A stretch of DNA of 64,000 nucleotides from an uncultured Acidobacteriota bacterium (GTDB lineage Bacteria > Acidobacteriota > UBA6911 > RPQK01 > JAPXNP01): positions 192,001 through 256,000 of the forward strand of contig CAVZRV010000029.1 of assembly GCA_963777605.1 (NCBI GenBank), read 5' to 3'. The translations under genes were made by a program, and so were the position numbers. Shown here piece after piece: positions 59,547 to 64,000 of the stretch (positions are counted from its first letter, which is position 1; the number at the start of each line of letters is the position of its first letter). The notes under the pieces are model-generated. The model was not told the origin of the DNA, made no database searches, and saw only the letters and a list, made by a program, of their open reading frames with translations.

Positions 59547-62500
59547 ATGAAAAGACTGCTCCTCGTTGTATCCCTGTTGCTGATCGGTCTTGTGAGTTCG
59601 GCGCTTTCGGCCGAAAGCGATTCAGTCTGGTCGAGCGCGACCTTTTCCGGGCTCAAGTTGCGCGGCATCGGTCCTGCCTTCATGGCGGGGCGAATCGCCG
59701 ACATTTCCATCGATCCCCGGTCCAAGTCAACCTGGTACGTGGCAGTCGGTTCGGGCGGAGTCTGGAAGACCGTCAACGCCGGCACCACGTGGACGCCGAT
59801 ATTTGACGGCGAGAAGTCCTACTCCATCGGGTGTGTCACTCTCGATCCCAACAACCCGGACGTGGTCTGGGTGGGCACGGGCGAGAACGTGAGCGGGCGC
59901 CATGTCGGTTACGGGGATGGCGTTTACCGTAGCCTGGACGGAGGCGAAACCTGGACGGCGATGGGGCTGAAGGTATTCGGAGCACATCGCCAAAATCCTG
60001 GTCGATCCCCGCGACTCCGAATGTCAGTCTACGTTGCCTCGGAAGGGCCGCTGTGGAACTCCGGGGGAGAGCGCGGAGTCTACAAGTCGGCCGACGGCGG
60101 AAAGTCCTGGTACGCAGGCCCTGAAGATCAACGAGGATACCGGGGTCACCGACCTCGAGTTCGATCCCCGCAACCCGGACGTGCTTTTTGCCGCCGCCTA
60201 TCAGCGCCGACGGACGGTCTGGTCGTTCCTGGCCGGCGGGCCGAATTCGGGGCTCTACAAATCCACGGATGCCGGCGAAAATTGGCGCAAGCTGGAAAAG
60301 GGACTCCCCAAAGGGGACATGGGAAAGATCGGTATCGCCGTTTCTCCCGTCGATCCCGATTACGTCTATGCCACCATCGAGGCGACAGAGAAGGAAAAGG
60401 GATTTTACCGATCCACCGATTCGGGCGAGAGCTGGGAGAAACGCAACAGCTACGTCAGCGGAGGGACCGGTCCCCACTATTACCAGGAGATCTACGCCTC
60501 CCCGTTCGATCGGGACCGCGTCTACCAGATGGATGTCTGGATGCAATGGACCGAGGACGGGGGCAAGACTTTCAGCCGCCTCGGCGAGGACGACAAGCAC
60601 TCTGACAATCACGCACTCGCCTTTGACCCCAACGATCCCGAGCATTTGCTGGCCGGGTGCGACGGGGGCCTTTATGAGACCTTCGACCACGCCAAGAACT
60701 GGCGGTTCGTGGCCAACATGCCCATCACCCAGTTCTACAAGCTCTCTCTCGACAACGATTTCCCCTTCTACAACATGGTCGGCGGAACCCAGGACAACAA
60801 CACCCAACTGGGCCCGTCCCGGACCCCGAACCAGAGTGGCGTGCGCAACCAGGATTGGATCGTTACCCTGGGCGGGGACGGCTACTCCTGCCAGATCGAC
60901 CCGAAGGATCCCAACATCGTATATTCCGAGTGGCAGGTCGGCAGCCTGGCCCGCTTCGACAAGGCAACCGGCCAGCGGGTCGACATCAAGCCGCAGCCTG
61001 CGGCGGGCGATCCGCCGGAGCGCTGGAATTGGGATGCTCCCATCCTGATCAGCCCCCACTCACACACCCGCCTCTATTACGGGTCCCAGCGGATCTGGCG
61101 CAGCGACGACCGGGGCGATTCCTGGAAGCCGATCAGCGGCGACCTGACCCGCAACGAGAATCGGTACCAGTTGCAGGTTGCGGGAAGGGTCTGGAGCGTT
61201 GATGCCATCTTCGACCACATGGCCATGTCCCTCTACAACACCACCAGCAGCATCTCCGAGTCTCCCCTCGTGGAGGGATTGATTTACGTGGGAACCGACG
61301 ACGGGCTGATCCAGGTGAGCGAGGACGGGGGAGGGAACTGGCGTCGGCTGGAAGCTCTTCCGGGGGTACCCGATCGCTTTTTCGTCAACGAGATCAAGGC
61401 GTCGGTCACGGATCCCGACACCGTCTTCGTAGCCGTCGACAGTCACAAGACCGGCGACTACCGTCCCTACCTCTTCAAGAGCACCGATCGGGGCCGCACC
61501 TGGACTTCGATTGCGGGAGACCTGCCCGAACGCCAATTGGTCTGGTCGATCGAGCAGGACTCGGTCAAGCCCGAGCTGCTCTTTCTGGGAGCCGAGTCGG
61601 GGCTGTACTTTACGGTTGACGGCGGCGGTCACTGGATCCTGCTCAAGGGAGGAGTGCCCACCATTTCCTTCCGCGACATCGAAATCCAGCGGCGGGACAA
61701 CGATCTCGTGGGAGCCTCTTTTGGCCGAGGATTCTACATTCTGGATGATTACACCCCGTTGCGGGAAGTCTCCGAATCCAGCTTAAAGGAGGGTACGACC
61801 CTGCTCTCCGTCCGGAAGGCGCTTCGGTACATCCCCTCCGATCCCCTCGGCGCCGAGGGAGGCGATGGGAAGGCCTACCAGGGTTCGGCTTACTTCACGG
61901 CTCCCAATCCGCCCTTCGGCGCCGTCTTCACCTACTACCTGGCCGAAGGGTTGAAGAGCGACAAGGAGAAGCGGCGCGAAAAGGAAAAAGAGATCCGCAA
62001 AGAAGGTGGAGACGTTCCCTTCCCGGGATGGGATGCCTTGAAGCAGGAGATGCGCGAGGAGGAACCCCAGGTCATCCTCGCGGTAAGGGGCTCCGACGGA
62101 AAAGTCATTCGGCGAGTCAAGGGATCGGCCGGGAAGGGCTTCCACCGGGTGGCATGGGACCTGCGCTATCCGGCCCTCGATCCGATTCGTCTCGACGATT
62201 CCGGCTTCGTCCCGCCCTGGATGCGGGACCGTTCCGGGCCGCTGGTCGGGCCTGGAACTTACACCGTGAGCCTCTCCAGCCTGGTCAATGGGAAGGAAAC
62301 GGAACTGGGGCAGAGCCAGTCTTTTGAAGTCGTTGCTCTCGGAGGCTCGACCCTGCCGGAACAGAATCCGACTGAGGTCCTCACCTTCGAGCGGCGAACG
62401 GCCGAACTCCTGCGCAAGGCCGGCGGTGCCCAGCGCCGGTTGTCCGAACTCGAAAAGGAGTTGAAGTACATGCACGAGGCTGCACTCCGGGTCGCCGATG

Positions 62501-62811
62501 CCGCGCCCCTGCTGGACCGGATCCGCCGCCTTCAGCTCCAGGCCGCCGACCTCAACGAGCAACTCTCGGGCGATGAAGCGCGGCAAAAGCTCGAGGAGGC
62601 CACTGTCCCCGGGATTTTGGGGAGACTCCGCCCGGTGCTCGGTGCCGATCTCGATACGACCTACGGGCCGACCGAAACGCATCGCAAGAACGTGGACATC
62701 GCCGAAAAGGAGTGGAAGCAGTTCGAACCCGCCATGAGCCAGTTCGAATCCGATATCCAGTCCCTCGAAAAGGACATGGAGGAGGCCAAAGCCCCCTACA
62801 CCCCAAGGTAG
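59547..62811 (+). CDS. Secreted VPS10/BNR-repeat glycosyl-hydrolase-like protein; frameshifts at ~59970-60115
   Basis: Signal peptide, LRGIGPAFMAGRIADI, multiple S.D.G.TW Asp-boxes, C-terminal coiled coil. Confidence 0.88.
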
Positions 62812-62952
62812 TCCAGGCTGCCAGCCTGCCACGTCGGCCGGGCAGCCCTGCCCGGCCCCGGCCACCGTGGCCAGCGTAATCCAGGCTGCCAGCCTGAAAT
62901 GTCGGCCGGGCAGCCCTGCCCGGCCCCGGGTAGGGCAACCTTCCAGGTTGTC
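62808..62952 (+). repeat. Cluster of GTAR-type REP-like elements
   Basis: GTARTCCAGGCTGCCAGCCTG...GTCGGCCGGGCAGCCCTGCCCGGCCCCGG at 62808 and 62876; GTAGGGCAACC-TTCCA-GGTTGTC at 62930. Confidence 0.8.
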
Positions 62953-63211
62953 TCCGCGGCATGGCCTCCCAAGTCGGGCCCGGCACCACCACAGAGGCAG
63001 GCCCAAACCGGGCCTGCGTTCGTGACTCCGGCACGGGCCGCAGCGGACCGCCACCGGATTGGGTTCCGCCGTGGGGATATGGGACCCATGGGACGAATGG
63101 GACGCACAAGACATGGGGCTCATAGGACATGGGACGCCACCCCAGAGCGAGTCACCGGTCCAGAACTCCTGGACCGCGATCCCGCCGCAACCATGCTAGA
63201 ATCACGCCCGT

Positions 63212-63297
63212 GCCCGGGTGGCGGAACTGGCAGACGCACAGGACTTAAAATCCTGTGGGGGGGAACCCCCGTACGGGTTCGATTCCCGTCCCGGGCA
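63212..63297 (+). tRNA. tRNA-Leu(TAA), CCA not encoded
   Basis: Acceptor GCCCGGG/CCCGGGC-A, D-loop GGAACTGGCAGAC, CAGGA-CTTAAAA-TCCTG, long variable arm, GGTTCGATTCC. Confidence 0.96.
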
Positions 63298-63488
63298 TTT
63301 GCCCAAAACCCCCGTCCGACGCGGCTTTCCGGCCGACACCCATACTTCGCATTTCGCACTTCGCAGATCGCACTTTCCCCCGGTTGTGCCTGTACTGTGC
63401 CCGCGTCAATCCAACTCCAACTCACTGGAACCAAGATGGGAGATTTCGCCCTAAAGCTCGTGTTCAACATCGAAAGGCAATGAACTCA

Positions 63489-64000
63489 CTATTCAATTTC
63501 CTCCACCTTGAAATAGGGGACTAGAAGCGCGGCGGCCGGAACATTGTCTTGTCGAGTCCCCCCGGGGCCATCCAGCACCCAAGCCTGGACGGGGAGCAGT
63601 CGGCCCGTTGCCCGATCCTTCCGGATCTGCACGTGCACAGCTGGCCCAGGCAAGACCTTCCCGTCGGCAGGATAGCAGCCTCGGACCCCGCCGTTTCTCT
63701 GTCGTACGTCGCCGTCCTGTTCGAAGTTCTCCCTCAGCGATGGCAACTGGCAGAGGACACCGGCCGACAGGGGCGTGAATTCCCTGCAACCGGTCTCATA
63801 TGGGGCCAGCTCCAACACGAGGCTCTGGATGTCGAAGGGACGCACCGTTGTGGAAACGCCCGAAGGCTGAAAGGCGAACTCGGCCGACCGCGCCGTAGGG
63901 AAGGGGTTGGCGGCGCATAGTTGATAGGTGTTCGGGGACGCTCCTCCCTCAATGACGAGGACCAAAGCGTACTCCACGAGACCCTGGGCTACGGCCGTGG
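63489..64000 (-). CDS. Hypothetical protein, C-terminal part (frame open to the window edge)
   Basis: No stop from 63998 to 63489; ends DNVPAAALLVPYFKVEEIE. Confidence 0.55.
   Translation of the reverse strand, partial: TAVAQGLVEYALVLVIEGGASPNTYQLCAANPFPTARSAEFAFQPSGVSTTVRPFDIQSLVLELAPYETGCREFTPLSAGVLCQLPSLRENFEQDGDVRQRNGGVRGCYPADGKVLPGPAVHVQIRKDRATGRLLPVQAWVLDGPGGTRQDNVPAAALLVPYFKVEEIE

Noticed and set aside
63120-63524. Short ORFs overlapping the tRNA
   Set aside because: Explained by the tRNA-Leu gene and flanking repeats

Overview
GC-rich bacterial chromosomal window; gene content suggests Acidobacteriota, but this is inference only. The left arm (1-18.7 kb) is housekeeping: sirtuin C-terminus, rhodanese, a beta-lactamase-fold membrane protein with an altered active site, AddAB, a geranylgeranyl-reductase-family enzyme, a sigma54 two-component pair, E2/E3 2-oxoacid dehydrogenase subunits and peptidase M64. 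The centre (18.7-40.3 kb) is a large extracellular electron transfer (EET) locus with 66 heme-c motifs counted by eye. It has a Shewanella-type outer conduit (two tandem decaheme MtrC/OmcA paralogues with no lipobox, decaheme MtrA/DmsE, MtrB-like porin). It also has Geobacter-type inner-membrane quinol oxidases (19-heme and 11-heme CbcL-like cytochrome c-b fusions, an ImcH-like NapC/NirT protein). Heme-synthesis genes, a hemerythrin-like protein, Cys-rich XRE and MerR regulators and several sigma54 promoters sit in the same locus. A FixL-like heme-PAS kinase and its sigma54 activator lie just downstream. The right arm holds a hybrid multi-PAS kinase, leuS, slyD, a porin, AsmA, a VPS10/BNR protein, REP-like repeats and tRNA-Leu(TAA) with a possible integration site. 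leuS, the porin and the VPS10 gene carry +1 frameshifts that look like sequencing errors. All family calls come from motif recognition by eye; no database search was run.
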